Assembly (NCBI GenBank): GCA_963785725.1
Contig: CAWAWS010000007.1
Span: forward strand, 299,238 to 363,237
DNA length: 64,000 bases
Direction: 5' to 3'
From: an uncultured delta proteobacterium
Lineage (GTDB): Bacteria; Myxococcota_A; Polyangia; Palsa-1104
Position 1 is the first letter of the stretch. Each line of letters opens with the position of its first letter. Positions 10,561-20,400 of the stretch are shown here, piece after piece. A program made the position numbers and the translations under genes. The notes beneath the pieces were generated by a model. The model was given only the letters and a program-made list of their open reading frames with translations. It was not told the origin of the DNA and ran no database searches.

Positions 10561-11391
10561 GTGAGCAATCTTCTCGCGCGGGTTCTGACCGCGGTCCTCC
10601 TCGTCCCGTTTCTCGTCGTCGCCATCCTCTGGTCGAATCCGATCGCCGTGTGGGCCATCGTGTTCGCCGCGACGTTCCTCGGCCTGCGCGAGTACTACAA
10701 CATGACGCTGGCCAAGGAGCCGATGGTCGAGCGCGGCTTCGGCATCGGACTCGGCCTCGCGTTCGGCGCCGTCGTTTACTGGACCGACGGCACGTCGTTC
10801 GCCATCACGGCCACGCTCGCCGGCATCACCATCGCCGCGTTCTTGTTCTACCTGTTCCGCTACGGCGACATGCAGACCGTCGCCGGCCGCGTGGCGCAGA
10901 TGATCGTCGGCACGCTCTACGTCGCGCTCTTGTTGACGTTCGTCGCGCTCCTGAAAAAGCGGGGCAGCGACGGCGCACAATGGGTCTTCATCGCGCTCAC
11001 GTGCACCTGGTTCTCGGACACGGGCGCCTACTTCGCCGGCCGCTTCATCGGTCCCGCCTGGCCGGTCAAGCTCTACGCCGCCGTCAGCCCGAAGAAGACG
11101 CTCATCGGCGGCATCGGCGGGCTCGTCGCCTCGTTCGGCGCGCTCGTCATCGCCAAGCTGTGGTATCTGCCGTCGCTGACGTGGATCGACTGCGTCGCCG
11201 TCGCCATCCCCGCGAACCTGCTCGGCCAGACGGGCGACCTGTGCGAGTCGATGCTCAAGCGCTCGGTCGGCGTCAAAGACTCGGGCGCGCTCTTGCCCGG
11301 CCACGGCGGCATGCTCGATCGCGTCGACGCGCTGCTCTTCATCGCGCCCTACGTCTACATCTACGCGCACTACTGTTACGGCCGAATTTAG
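10561..11391 (+). CDS. cdsA: Phosphatidate cytidylyltransferase
   Basis: Polytopic membrane protein with the CdsA C-terminal signature (KRSVGVKDSGALLPGHGGMLDRVDALLF). Classic uppS-cdsA arrangement. Confidence 0.9.
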   Translation: MSNLLARVLTAVLLVPFLVVAILWSNPIAVWAIVFAATFLGLREYYNMTLAKEPMVERGFGIGLGLAFGAVVYWTDGTSFAITATLAGITIAAFLFYLFRYGDMQTVAGRVAQMIVGTLYVALLLTFVALLKKRGSDGAQWVFIALTCTWFSDTGAYFAGRFIGPAWPVKLYAAVSPKKTLIGGIGGLVASFGALVIAKLWYLPSLTWIDCVAVAIPANLLGQTGDLCESMLKRSVGVKDSGALLPGHGGMLDRVDALLFIAPYVYIYAHYCYGRI

Positions 11392-11412
11392 CGCGCGTAG
11401 TATAGTTGGCGC

Positions 11413-12441
11413 ATGTCGCGCTCCGATCGCTTCCTGAAGGCCATCCGCGGTGAGGCGGTCGATACGACGCCGATTTGGATCATGCGTCAGGCGGGCCGTT
11501 ACCTGCCGGAGTATCGCGCCACGCGCGCCAAAGCCGGCGACTTCCTCACGCTGTGCAAAACGCCGGAGCTGGCCTGCGAAGTGACGCTGCAGCCGATCGA
11601 CAAGATCGGCGTCGACGCGGCGATTCTCTTCTCCGACATCCTGATTCCGCTCGAGCCGATGGGCGTGCCGCTGGCGTTTCCCGACGAAGGCCCGCGGCTG
11701 TCGCCGGTGCGCGACGAAGCCGGCATCGACAAGCTGCGCGTGCCCGATCCCGAGGCCGAATTTCCCTTCGTGATGGACGCGATCCGCCTGATTCGCCGCG
11801 CGCTCGACGGTCGCGTGCCGCTCATCGGCTTCGCGGGCGCGCCTTTTACGATGCTGACCTATGTCGTCGAAGGGCAGACGGGCAAGCAGTTTGCCGAGAC
11901 CAAGAAGCTCCTGTTCGGCAATCCGACGGCGGCGCACAAGCTCTTGCAGAAGCTCGCGGATACCGTCGCGATTTATTTGGCGGCGCAGGTCGAAGCGGGC
12001 GCGCAGACGGTGCAGATCTTCGACTCGTGGGTCGGTCAGCTCGGGCCCGACGACTTCCGCACGTTCGCCGCGCCCTACGTTCAGCAGATCGTCGACAAGC
12101 TGAAGCCCCTCGGCGCGCCCATCATCTACTTCGCCAACGACGGCGGCTCGCTGCTCGGCGACGCGGCCAAGCTCGGTGCCGACGCGCTCGGCGTCGATTG
12201 GCGCACGCCGCTCGACGAAGCGCGCCTGAAGACGGGAGACCACGTCACGCTGCAAGGCAACCTCGATCCCTGCCTCTTGTTCGCGCCCATCGCGGAGATC
12301 GAGCGGCGGACGACGGATGTCATGCGGCGCGCGGCCGGAAAGCGGCACATCTTCAACCTCGGCCACGGCATTTTGCCGGGCACGCCGCCCGAGCACGCGC
12401 AGGCGCTCGTCGAGATCGTGCATCGCTTGGGACAACGCTAG
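11413..12441 (+). CDS. hemE: Uroporphyrinogen decarboxylase
   Basis: PIWIMRQAGRYLPEYRATRAKAGDFLTLCKTPELACEVTLQP..., conserved over the full length. Confidence 0.92.
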   Translation: MSRSDRFLKAIRGEAVDTTPIWIMRQAGRYLPEYRATRAKAGDFLTLCKTPELACEVTLQPIDKIGVDAAILFSDILIPLEPMGVPLAFPDEGPRLSPVRDEAGIDKLRVPDPEAEFPFVMDAIRLIRRALDGRVPLIGFAGAPFTMLTYVVEGQTGKQFAETKKLLFGNPTAAHKLLQKLADTVAIYLAAQVEAGAQTVQIFDSWVGQLGPDDFRTFAAPYVQQIVDKLKPLGAPIIYFANDGGSLLGDAAKLGADALGVDWRTPLDEARLKTGDHVTLQGNLDPCLLFAPIAEIERRTTDVMRRAAGKRHIFNLGHGILPGTPPEHAQALVEIVHRLGQR

Positions 12442-12504
12442 CGAAAGCCCGCGCGTCGTTTGGCGGAACTTGGGTCGCCGAACAAACGCGCTTATAGTCC
12501 GCAG

Positions 12505-12831
12505 ATGACGTCCGAACGGCGACTGGCTCCGCGGGTGGGCGTGCAAATCTGGGTCGAAGAGGCCACCGAGCACGAGCTCTATTTCCAACGCTCGGCCGAT
12601 ATCTCGACCGGCGGGATCTATCTCGAAAATACGATCCCGCATCCGCTCGGCACCATCGTCAATCTGCGCTTTGCTTTGCCGGGCTCGAAGGACAAATTCG
12701 AGACGAAGGCGGAGGTCGTCGGCGCCATCGCCGGCGAAAAAGAGATGGGCATGAGCTTGAAGTTCATCGATCTCGCGCCGGCGCACATCGAGCAGATCCG
12801 GCAGTTCATCGAAACCCACGCCGGCGGCTGA
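12505..12831 (+). CDS. PilZ domain protein (c-di-GMP receptor type)
   Basis: Canonical motifs RRLAPR (RxxxR) and DISTGG (DxSxGG). About 108 aa. Confidence 0.75.
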   Translation: MTSERRLAPRVGVQIWVEEATEHELYFQRSADISTGGIYLENTIPHPLGTIVNLRFALPGSKDKFETKAEVVGAIAGEKEMGMSLKFIDLAPAHIEQIRQFIETHAGG

Positions 12832-13484
12832 TGCGGCGGACGATCGAGGACGTCCTCGTCGAGGCCGGGCTCATCGACGAGGCGCGGCTCCGTCACGTGC
12901 GCCGCTACGCGCGGCACAACGGCGTCTGCTTGGCGCGCGCGCTCGTCGAGAACGCCAGCGTCGACGAGGAGCTGCTGGCGGCGACGATGGCGCAGACGTT
13001 GTCGCTGCCGCGCGTGGATTTGGCGCGCGAGCCGGTCGACGAGGACGCCGTCCGCGAAGTGCCGTACGACCTGGCCGACGGTCGCCGCCTCTTGCCCATC
13101 GGCATCGAGCGCAGCGACAAGCGGCGCGTCATTCGCGTGGCCATGGCCGATCCGCTCGACTTCGACGCCACCGAAGAGATCGAGATGTCGACCGGCTGCA
13201 CCATCGAGCCGCTCGTCGGTCGCGTCGGCGAGATCGGCGACGCCGTGATGCGCTATTACCGCGGCGTCATCACCAAGATGATCCCGCGGAAGCCTTACTT
13301 CGGCGCGACTTTGGCCGCCAACGCGCAGCCGACGACGCAGCCGCATCGCAACATCACCGACGAAGCGACGCCCGAAATCGGCTTGCAGGCGCTGATCGAG
13401 CTGCTCGTCGAGCGTGGCCTCGTCGATCGCGACGCGTGGACGGAGGCCGTGCGCCAGCTCATGAAAGAGCGGGCCGGCGAATAA
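12831..13484 (+). CDS. T2SSE_N (MshEN / GspE N-terminal) domain protein, two repeats, no ATPase domain
   Basis: IEDVLVEAGLIDEARLRHV...LARALVENASVDEELLAATMAQTLSLPRVDL, and a second helical repeat GLQALIELLVERGLVDRDAWTEAVRQL. The start overlaps the PilZ stop (TGATG). Confidence 0.65.
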   Translation: MRRTIEDVLVEAGLIDEARLRHVRRYARHNGVCLARALVENASVDEELLAATMAQTLSLPRVDLAREPVDEDAVREVPYDLADGRRLLPIGIERSDKRRVIRVAMADPLDFDATEEIEMSTGCTIEPLVGRVGEIGDAVMRYYRGVITKMIPRKPYFGATLAANAQPTTQPHRNITDEATPEIGLQALIELLVERGLVDRDAWTEAVRQLMKERAGE

Positions 13485-13562
13485 AAGGCGCGTCGGTCGC
13501 GTACAAACGCGAATGACGCTGTTTTGATTGCGCCGCGTGGCGTCGTGCTATGCTCCGCGACC

Positions 13563-14522
13563 ATGCGAAGGCTGCGGAACTGCGCGGCGCTGTTGGGCTT
13601 GAGCGCTCTCGTCTTCGTCGCCATCGGCAGCGCCGCATCGGCCGCCGAACGGGTGGCGGCGCTCGTGCCCCAAACGCGACCGGCAGCGGCGACGGAAGTG
13701 CGCGACCGTTTTCACGAGGCGGTGACGCGCGGTCTGCAAACCGGCGGCGACGAGGTCGTGCCCGCGGCCGAGGTGCGGCTTCGGCTCGGCGCCGTGACCG
13801 AGATGCTCGAGTGCGACGGCGCGGTCGCGTGCGTCGCCAGCGTCGTGCAGGCGCTGCATGTCGCGCACGTCGTCGCCAGCGACATCGAGATCTCGGGCAA
13901 GGACTACGCGATCAAGCTCCGGCTCTTGGATCAGAGCGGTCGCGAGCTGGCCAAGGTCGACGAGCCTTGCGACATTTGCACCGTCAAAGAGGCGGACGAA
14001 GCGGTGTTGCGCGCGGCGACGAAGCTGGCGACGGCGGCGAAGGCGTTGCCGGCCGAGATCAAGCCGGTCGAGCCGGTGCCGCCGCCGAAGCCGGAAGCGA
14101 TCGTCAAGCCCGAGCAGCCGCCGCCGCACGTCGAAGAGGCGCCGCCGCAGGCGACGCCGACGCCGGCGCCGCTGAGTGATCCGCTGGCGCTGCAGCCGCA
14201 GCCGGAGAAGAGGGGGTTTCCGTGGCGGCCGGTCGCGATCGCGTCGCTGGCGGCGGGGGTCGTCGGCTTGGCGGTCGGCATTCCGCTGCTCGCCATCGAC
14301 GGCGATCCGACGTGCAACAAGCCCAACCCGCGCACCAGCTGCCCCAACGTCTACAACACGGTCGGCGGCGGCGCGACGCTGCTGACGCTCGGCATCGCCG
14401 GCGTCGCGGCTTCGGGCGTGCTGTTCTATTTCGACCATCGCGCGCGGAACAAAGCGCACCCGAATGTCGTCGTGATTCCAACGGCTGGCGGCGCTTTCGT
14501 GAGCACGGGCGGCCACTTCTGA
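13563..14522 (+). CDS. Hypothetical secreted/membrane-anchored protein with Pro-rich linker
   Basis: Signal peptide MRRLRNCAALLGLSALVFVAIGSAASA, a Pro-rich segment (PVEPVPPPKPEAIVKPEQPPPHVEEAPP), and a C-terminal TM region. Confidence 0.5.
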   Translation: MRRLRNCAALLGLSALVFVAIGSAASAAERVAALVPQTRPAAATEVRDRFHEAVTRGLQTGGDEVVPAAEVRLRLGAVTEMLECDGAVACVASVVQALHVAHVVASDIEISGKDYAIKLRLLDQSGRELAKVDEPCDICTVKEADEAVLRAATKLATAAKALPAEIKPVEPVPPPKPEAIVKPEQPPPHVEEAPPQATPTPAPLSDPLALQPQPEKRGFPWRPVAIASLAAGVVGLAVGIPLLAIDGDPTCNKPNPRTSCPNVYNTVGGGATLLTLGIAGVAASGVLFYFDHRARNKAHPNVVVIPTAGGAFVSTGGHF

Positions 14523-14544
14523 TGTTTGCTAGGATTTGCCCAGC

Positions 14545-17293
14545 ATGAGGCATTGCACCCAATGCGGCGCGTCGACGCCGGACGATGCGCGCTTCTGCCC
14601 ACGCTGCGGCGCGGCCGTGGCAGCGGCGGCGACGAGTGACGCTTCGTTGGGCAAGGTCATCGCCGATCGCTACTTGCTCGTCGAGAAGATCGGGCAAGGC
14701 GGATCGGGAACGATCTATCGCGGCGAGCACACGACGCTGCGCAAACGCGTGGCCGTCAAGGTGTTGCACGCGCAGCTCTCGGCCGACGATCGCGCCATCG
14801 AACGCTTTCGCCGCGAAGCGACGACGGTGGCCGAGCTCGACAACGAGCACATCCTGCAGGTGCTCGACTTCGGTCGCACCGACGACAATCGGCTCTTCTT
14901 CGCCATGGAGTTCTTGGAAGGCGAGCCGCTGACGAAGCTGATCGAGCGCGACAAGTGGCTGACGGTGCCGCGCACGACCGACATCCTCGGGCAGATCGCC
15001 GAAGCGCTGATGGAGGCGCACAACCTCGGCTACATCCATCGCGACTTGCGGCCGCGCAACGTGTTCCTGACGACGAAACGAGGGCGCGCCGACTTCGTCA
15101 AGCTGCTCGACTTCGGTCTGTCGAAGCTGATCGTGCCCAACTCCGAAGCCAAGCAGACGGCGATGGGCATGACGTTCGGCGATCCGCGCTACATGTCGCC
15201 CGAGCAGGCGCGCGGCGAGACGCTCGATCGTCGCTCCGACATCTATTCGTTGGGCGCCATCGCGTTCGAGATGCTGGTCGGGACGCCGCCGTATACGGGC
15301 TCCGGCACGTTCGAGATCCTGCAGCAGCACTTGGATGCGCCGGTGCCGAGCGTGCGCGAGCGGCGCGCCGATTGTCCCGAGTGGCTCGATGCGGTCGTGC
15401 GGCGCGCGCTGGCGAAGAAGCCCGCCGGCCGCTTCTTGACGGTGGCGCAGGTCATCGACTGCTTGCGGACGCAGACGGCGCCGCCGGCGTTGGATGCCGC
15501 GCAGCAGGCCGAGCACGCGAAGCTGACGTCGGAAGCGGCGCGCAGCAGCGACGTGACGATGGGCAAGGTAACGCCGGCGCCGCTGCCGCCGGCCGCGAAG
15601 CCGGCGCCGGTGGCAGTCGCGCCGGTGGCAGCCGGTCCGGCGGTGCCGAATGCGCCGGCCGTCAAAGCCGCGGCGACGAGCGGGCCGTCGAAGACGGTGC
15701 CGATGCCGACGGCGCTGGCGGCGGCGTTGGCGGCGCCGGCCGCACAACCGGCGCCGGCGGTGAGCACGCTGGCGGCGGCGATGGGCCCGCCGACGAATGG
15801 CGCGTCCGAGCCAGCCGCGCGGTCGCCGCGCGAGACCCAGTCGATGATGGCGGCGCCGAAGCAGGCGCCGGCCGCGCCGACGCCGGCCGCGCCCGTCGCT
15901 GCGCCGGTTGCCGCTGCGCCGCCCGCGCCGAAGCTGCCGGAAAAGGTCGACAAGCCGGAGAACAAGAAGCCGAAGCCCGATGCGCGGCGCGCGCCGGCCG
16001 ATGTGCCGTCGGCGGCGCAGTCGGGCAGCGTCGACATGACGCCGGCGTCGACGCCGCAGCTCGATCCGCAGAACGTGCCGTCGGTGGTCGTCGAGTCGGC
16101 GTCGGGCGAGCGGACGGTGCCGGTCAAGCTGAGCCATTTCGTGGCGGCCGCCGCTGCGCCGTCGGTCGACGAGTCGCGCGCTGTCGCACCGCCGCCGCCG
16201 CCACCGCAAGTCGTCGAGCCGGTGCGCAAGCATGACCGGCCGCCGACGGGCGAGTGGTTCGCCAACGAGTCGGAGCCGCTGCGTGGCTCATCGACGTCGG
16301 CTTACGACGATCTGGACGAGCTGCCCAAGAACAACAAAGGGCCGGTCATCATCGGGATCGTCGCGGGCGGCTTGTTGCTCGCGGTCGGTGTCGTCATTCT
16401 GTTGTTGCCGAAGCCGGTGCACAAGCCGTTGCGCGGCGAAGAGGCGCTGGCGACGAACGCGGCGCCGCCGAGCGGTGTCGCGAGCGCGCCGACGCCCGCT
16501 GCGCCGACGCCGCAGCCGGTCGCGGCTGCGCCGACGCCCGCTGTCGAGCCGGCGACGACGCCGCCGCCGGCCGTTGCCGCCGCGCCAGTTTCACCGCCGC
16601 CCGTCGCCAAGCCGATCGTCGCAGCGACACCGCCGGTGACGAAGCCGACGCCGGCGCCGGAAAAGCCGGCCGTCGTGGTCGCGCCGCCGCCGAAGTCGGA
16701 GCCGGTCGTCGCGGCGCATCCGGTCGCCAAGGAGCCGCCGGCGCACGTCGAGAAGGTGGAGCCCAAGGCCAAGCCGGTGACGCGCGTGGCGTCGACGACC
16801 CGACCGGCCGCGCCGCCGCCGCCGAGCGATCGGCCGACGTCGAGCGCCAAGCACGACAAGTCGATGCCCGAAGGCTTCAAGGATCCCTTTGCCAGCGAGC
16901 CGGCGTCGGCCAAGAACGAAGCGGCGCAAGCCGACTTCTTCATCAAGCTGGGCCGGCAAAAGCTGGGCGCCAGCGATTCTGAGCGGCGCGGCCACGAACT
17001 TCAACAAGGCGCGCGAGTTCGATCCGCGCAGCGCCGACGCCGTCGCCGGGCTCGGCGAAGTGGCGTTCGAGCAGGGCGACTACTCGGGCGCGGCCGTGCA
17101 CTTGAAGCAGGCGCTACGGCTGTCGCCCAATCGTCCGCGTTATCTCGTGCTGCTCGGGCAGGCCTACTACAAGCTCGGCAAGCCCAAGGACGCCGTCGGC
17201 GAATACAAGAAAGCGCTGCGCGCCGATCCCAGCAACCAAGAGGCGCAACACTCGCTCGACGTCGCCGAACGCAAGCTTCAATCGGGCGGCTGA
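14545..17293 (+). CDS. Ser/Thr protein kinase with N-terminal zinc ribbon, Pro/Ala-rich linker, TM segment and C-terminal TPR. Probable single-base indel near 16975.
   Basis: CTQCGASTPDDARFCPRCG, then Hanks kinase motifs (HRDLRPRNVF, DFGLSK, SPEQ). The reading frame jumps from ...ADFFIKLGRQKLGAS to frame ...AATNFNKAREFDPRSADAVAGLGEVAFEQGDY... (TPR), which ends at 17293. Confidence 0.8.
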
Positions 17294-17690
17294 ACCGCCC
17301 AGGCGCGCTCGTCGGCGCCCGAAGCTTCGGCGTCCTCAGACTCCGAGCACGCGCTATCTGCGGCGCTTCGGCGGTGCGATGTACTTATCGCGCTCCGTCG
17401 AAGCGACCGTCGGACTACCGTCTCGACGATGCGATACCTTGAGTGTTACGCGGCGGTGAGAAGCCTTCAGGGTGAAGCGGGGTCGGCCGGGCAGCGGATC
17501 ACGCATGCAGTGGGGACCTCCCTACCCATGAGTGTTAAGTACGCGGATCTTTCAGGTCAAGTTTCGTCTTGGTGACTTCGTCGCCGTTACGAGAATCACG
17601 TGTAATTCCTCGGCAGTGACTGGCTAGCGACGGCCCCGTGACTATGTTATAGTCCATCAGGAGCCGTGGGCTGGCTCTTCGGAGAATGAG

Positions 17691-19029
17691 ATGCAGCTCT
17701 CGTTCTTGCAAGATCGCGAGTCGGGGGCGGACGAGTGGGAGCCGGAGGAGCTTCAGCTCCCGCTGGTTGCCCCGTGGCCGCGTCCGCTATCGCCAGTGGC
17801 GATCGAGATCGACGCTCCGGAGACCGATTCGGGACGGCGTGGCGTAATCATCATCGACCTCACCTGAGGAACGATCCCTGCCGGCCGGCGCGAGCCTCTT
17901 CTTCGACGTTTGGGTCAATGGTCCCGCGTCCGCGCCGGACCATCCGCAGCGCCGTGCCGAGCTTCTGCGGCGCATCGAAGCCGTTCATCCCGTAGCCCAA
18001 GCTGATGGCAAGGCGTTCGTCGGTGGCGCGCGGCTGAAGTTGCGGCGCGGCATCGTCGAGGCGGCGGCGTTGCGCGCGCTCGCCGAGCTGCAGGAGATTG
18101 GCGTGCTGGCCGAGGTCGAGGCCAATCGGCCGCCCGACGAAGCGATCTTGTCGCTGGGCTCGCTCGATCAATTTCACGACTTGGAGTCGGAGCCTTCGCG
18201 GCCGTCGGCGGGCATCAAAGTCGACGCCAACAAGCTGACCATGCTCGACGACGATGAGGAGAGCGTCGTGCGTCCGTTTCAGTCGCGCCAGATGTCGGTC
18301 GCTGGGCTGGGCGAAGAGGGCGAGACCCATCGTGAAGCGCGCGCGTCGTCGCTGGGCGAGGAGGGCGTCACCCATCGCGATGGGCGCGCGCCGTCGCTGG
18401 GCGAGGAGGGGGAGACGCGCAAGCTGACCGCGCGCGCGCTCGACGTGCCGACGACGCCGATGCAGGTCAAGGGCGAGCCGCGGCCGCCGGCGCGCAATCC
18501 GTTCCTGCCGCCCGAGCAGACGACGGCGCCGATGCAGCTCGATCGCAAGCCGCTGCCGTCGACGCGGGCGCCGATTCCGTCGGCGCGTCTGCCGGTGCCG
18601 CCGAGCCCGAAGCCGAACGATGAAGACGCGCTCGGCGTCGAAGGCACGACGTCGAAGTACGTGCCGCCGCCCGAACGCAGCGAGCGTCACGAGCGCGCCG
18701 AGCCCGAGGACGTGGGCGCGCAGCCGGTCGTCGACGGCAACGTCTTGCGGCAAAAGCCGGGGCTGCGCATCGGCATCGGCGTCGTCGTCGGGCTGGCGCT
18801 GGGCTGGATGGTGTCGCAGCCGTACGCCGGGCGCGCCGAGCGGCACGTGGCCGAGCTGCGCAACGAAGCCAACAAAGAGCGCTATCGACCGGTCGACGAG
18901 GCGCGCGCTCGCGTGGCCGCGCTCGACGAACGCGCCGACGACGAGGCCACGCGTGGCGCGCTCGGCTCGGCTGCGATCTGGATGCTGGTGGGCGGCGCGA
19001 CGTTCGCCGCGTGGTGGCGCTTCTCGTAA
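17691..19029 (+). CDS. Hypothetical membrane protein, probably one gene split by a frameshift near 17850-17867
   Basis: A 58-aa ORF with GGAGAA RBS (17691-17867) ends exactly where the downstream frame (open from 17848, with no canonical start until TTG 18040) begins. C-terminal TM segments (GIGVVVGLALGWMV; WMLVGGATFAAWW). Confidence 0.4.
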
Positions 19030-19047
19030 CCGACGACTGCGGGCTGC

Positions 19048-19953
19048 TTATTCGCTCTGCACGAGCGCGCGCTCTTCGGCGTCAGCGCGCTCTTGCCGCT
19101 TCTTCCCGACGACCCACGCGACCAAGATGCTCAAGTTGTAGAGCACCGTCAGCGTGCCCGTCATCGCCAGCTGGCCGACGACCATGTCGCCCGGCGTCAA
19201 CACGGCGCCCAAGATGGCGAAGATCACGACGGCGTAGCGATTGAACTTCCACAGCTGCTTGGCCGACACGATGCCGAAGATGGCCAAGATCGCCAGCAGC
19301 AAGGGCAGCTCGAACACGGCGCCGAAGACGAGCAGCAGCATCGACGTCAGGTCGAAATACTCGTCCATCTTCAGCATCGGCTTGATGTCGAAGGGCAGCG
19401 ACAGCTTGACGTCGACCGCCTTGCCCATGACGTCTTTGATGATGCCCATGCTCTCGGCCGCGTAGCTCAAGAAGTATTGATAGGAGGCAGGCAGCACGTA
19501 GATGTAAGCGAAGGCCGCGCCGCCGACGAACAGCACCACCGACGCCAGGATGAAGCCGACGCCCCACTTGCGCTCGCGATCGTAGAGGCCGGGCGAAATG
19601 AAGCGCCAGATCTCGCGGAACACGAACGGCGACGCCAGAAAGATGCCGGCGAACAGCGCCAGCTTGAAGAGCACCATGAAGGCTTCGTGCGGCGACGTGA
19701 AGATCAGCTGCGGCCGGCCGATGCCGACCTCTTGCTCCGCCTGCTGCCAGGCGCTGATGAGCGGCCGCGCCATGAGCGCGAACAGATCTTTACGGAAGCA
19801 GTAAGCCACGACCGTGCCGCAGAGGACGGCGATCGTCGAGTTGCGCAGGCAGGTGCGCAGCTCGGCGAGGTGAGCCAGAAACGGCATGCGCCGATCGTTA
19901 CCGTCTCCTTCGACGGCAGCGGTGTCGGGTGTCGCTGGCTCAGGAGCGGCCAT
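19048..19953 (-). CDS. tatC: Twin-arginine translocase subunit TatC
   Basis: MPFLAHLAELR... with six TM segments typical of TatC. The start may be at the internal Met (19887). Confidence 0.88.
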   Translation of the reverse strand: MAAPEPATPDTAAVEGDGNDRRMPFLAHLAELRTCLRNSTIAVLCGTVVAYCFRKDLFALMARPLISAWQQAEQEVGIGRPQLIFTSPHEAFMVLFKLALFAGIFLASPFVFREIWRFISPGLYDRERKWGVGFILASVVLFVGGAAFAYIYVLPASYQYFLSYAAESMGIIKDVMGKAVDVKLSLPFDIKPMLKMDEYFDLTSMLLLVFGAVFELPLLLAILAIFGIVSAKQLWKFNRYAVVIFAILGAVLTPGDMVVGQLAMTGTLTVLYNLSILVAWVVGKKRQERADAEERALVQSE

Positions 19954-20345
19954 CAGCTCTTCTTTTCGTTCGTAGCCGTGGCGGCCGGCGTTTCGACGGG
20001 CGGCGTGACCGCGACCATCGGCGGCACGGCGGTGCCCGACGGCAGCGTGTCGGCCGCGGCGGCGACCGGCGTCGGCGCGATGCCGGCGGCAGGCGCGGGC
20101 GGCATCTTCATGACCGACAGCTGATGCTGCGCCGGCTCGTCACGCAGCGCCGACTGCAGCTCGCGCAGCGGCTTCTTCACCTCTTCGTCGATCTCCAGCT
20201 GATCGGTGAGATCGCGCGTGGCTTTGCGGAAGGAGCGAATCGCCTTGCCGAGACTGGTTGCGACGTCGGGGAGCCGATTGGGTCCCAGCACGAGTAACGC
20301 GATGGCGAGGATGATGATCAGCTCGCCTGGACCGAGACCAAACAT
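19953..20345 (-). CDS. tatA: Twin-arginine translocase TatA/TatB-family protein
   Basis: MFGLGPGELIIILAIALLVLGPNRLPDVATSLGKAIRSFRKA, followed by a Pro/Ala-rich tail. Confidence 0.85.
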   Translation of the reverse strand: MFGLGPGELIIILAIALLVLGPNRLPDVATSLGKAIRSFRKATRDLTDQLEIDEEVKKPLRELQSALRDEPAQHQLSVMKMPPAPAAGIAPTPVAAAADTLPSGTAVPPMVAVTPPVETPAATATNEKKS

Positions 20346-20400
20346 GCAAACGAGTGTACGCGAGGGTCGAGCGCGGCGCTACTGGGGGTATCGCTGGGAA

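Noticed and set aside
17440-17690. Possible structured RNA (RNase P, SRP, tmRNA or 6S) in the kinase-downstream intergenic region
   Set aside because: No match to conserved boxes of these RNAs (for example RNase P CR-I/CR-V, the SRP domain IV GGAA motif, or the tmRNA tag/T-arm) could be recognised by eye. It remains unclassified.
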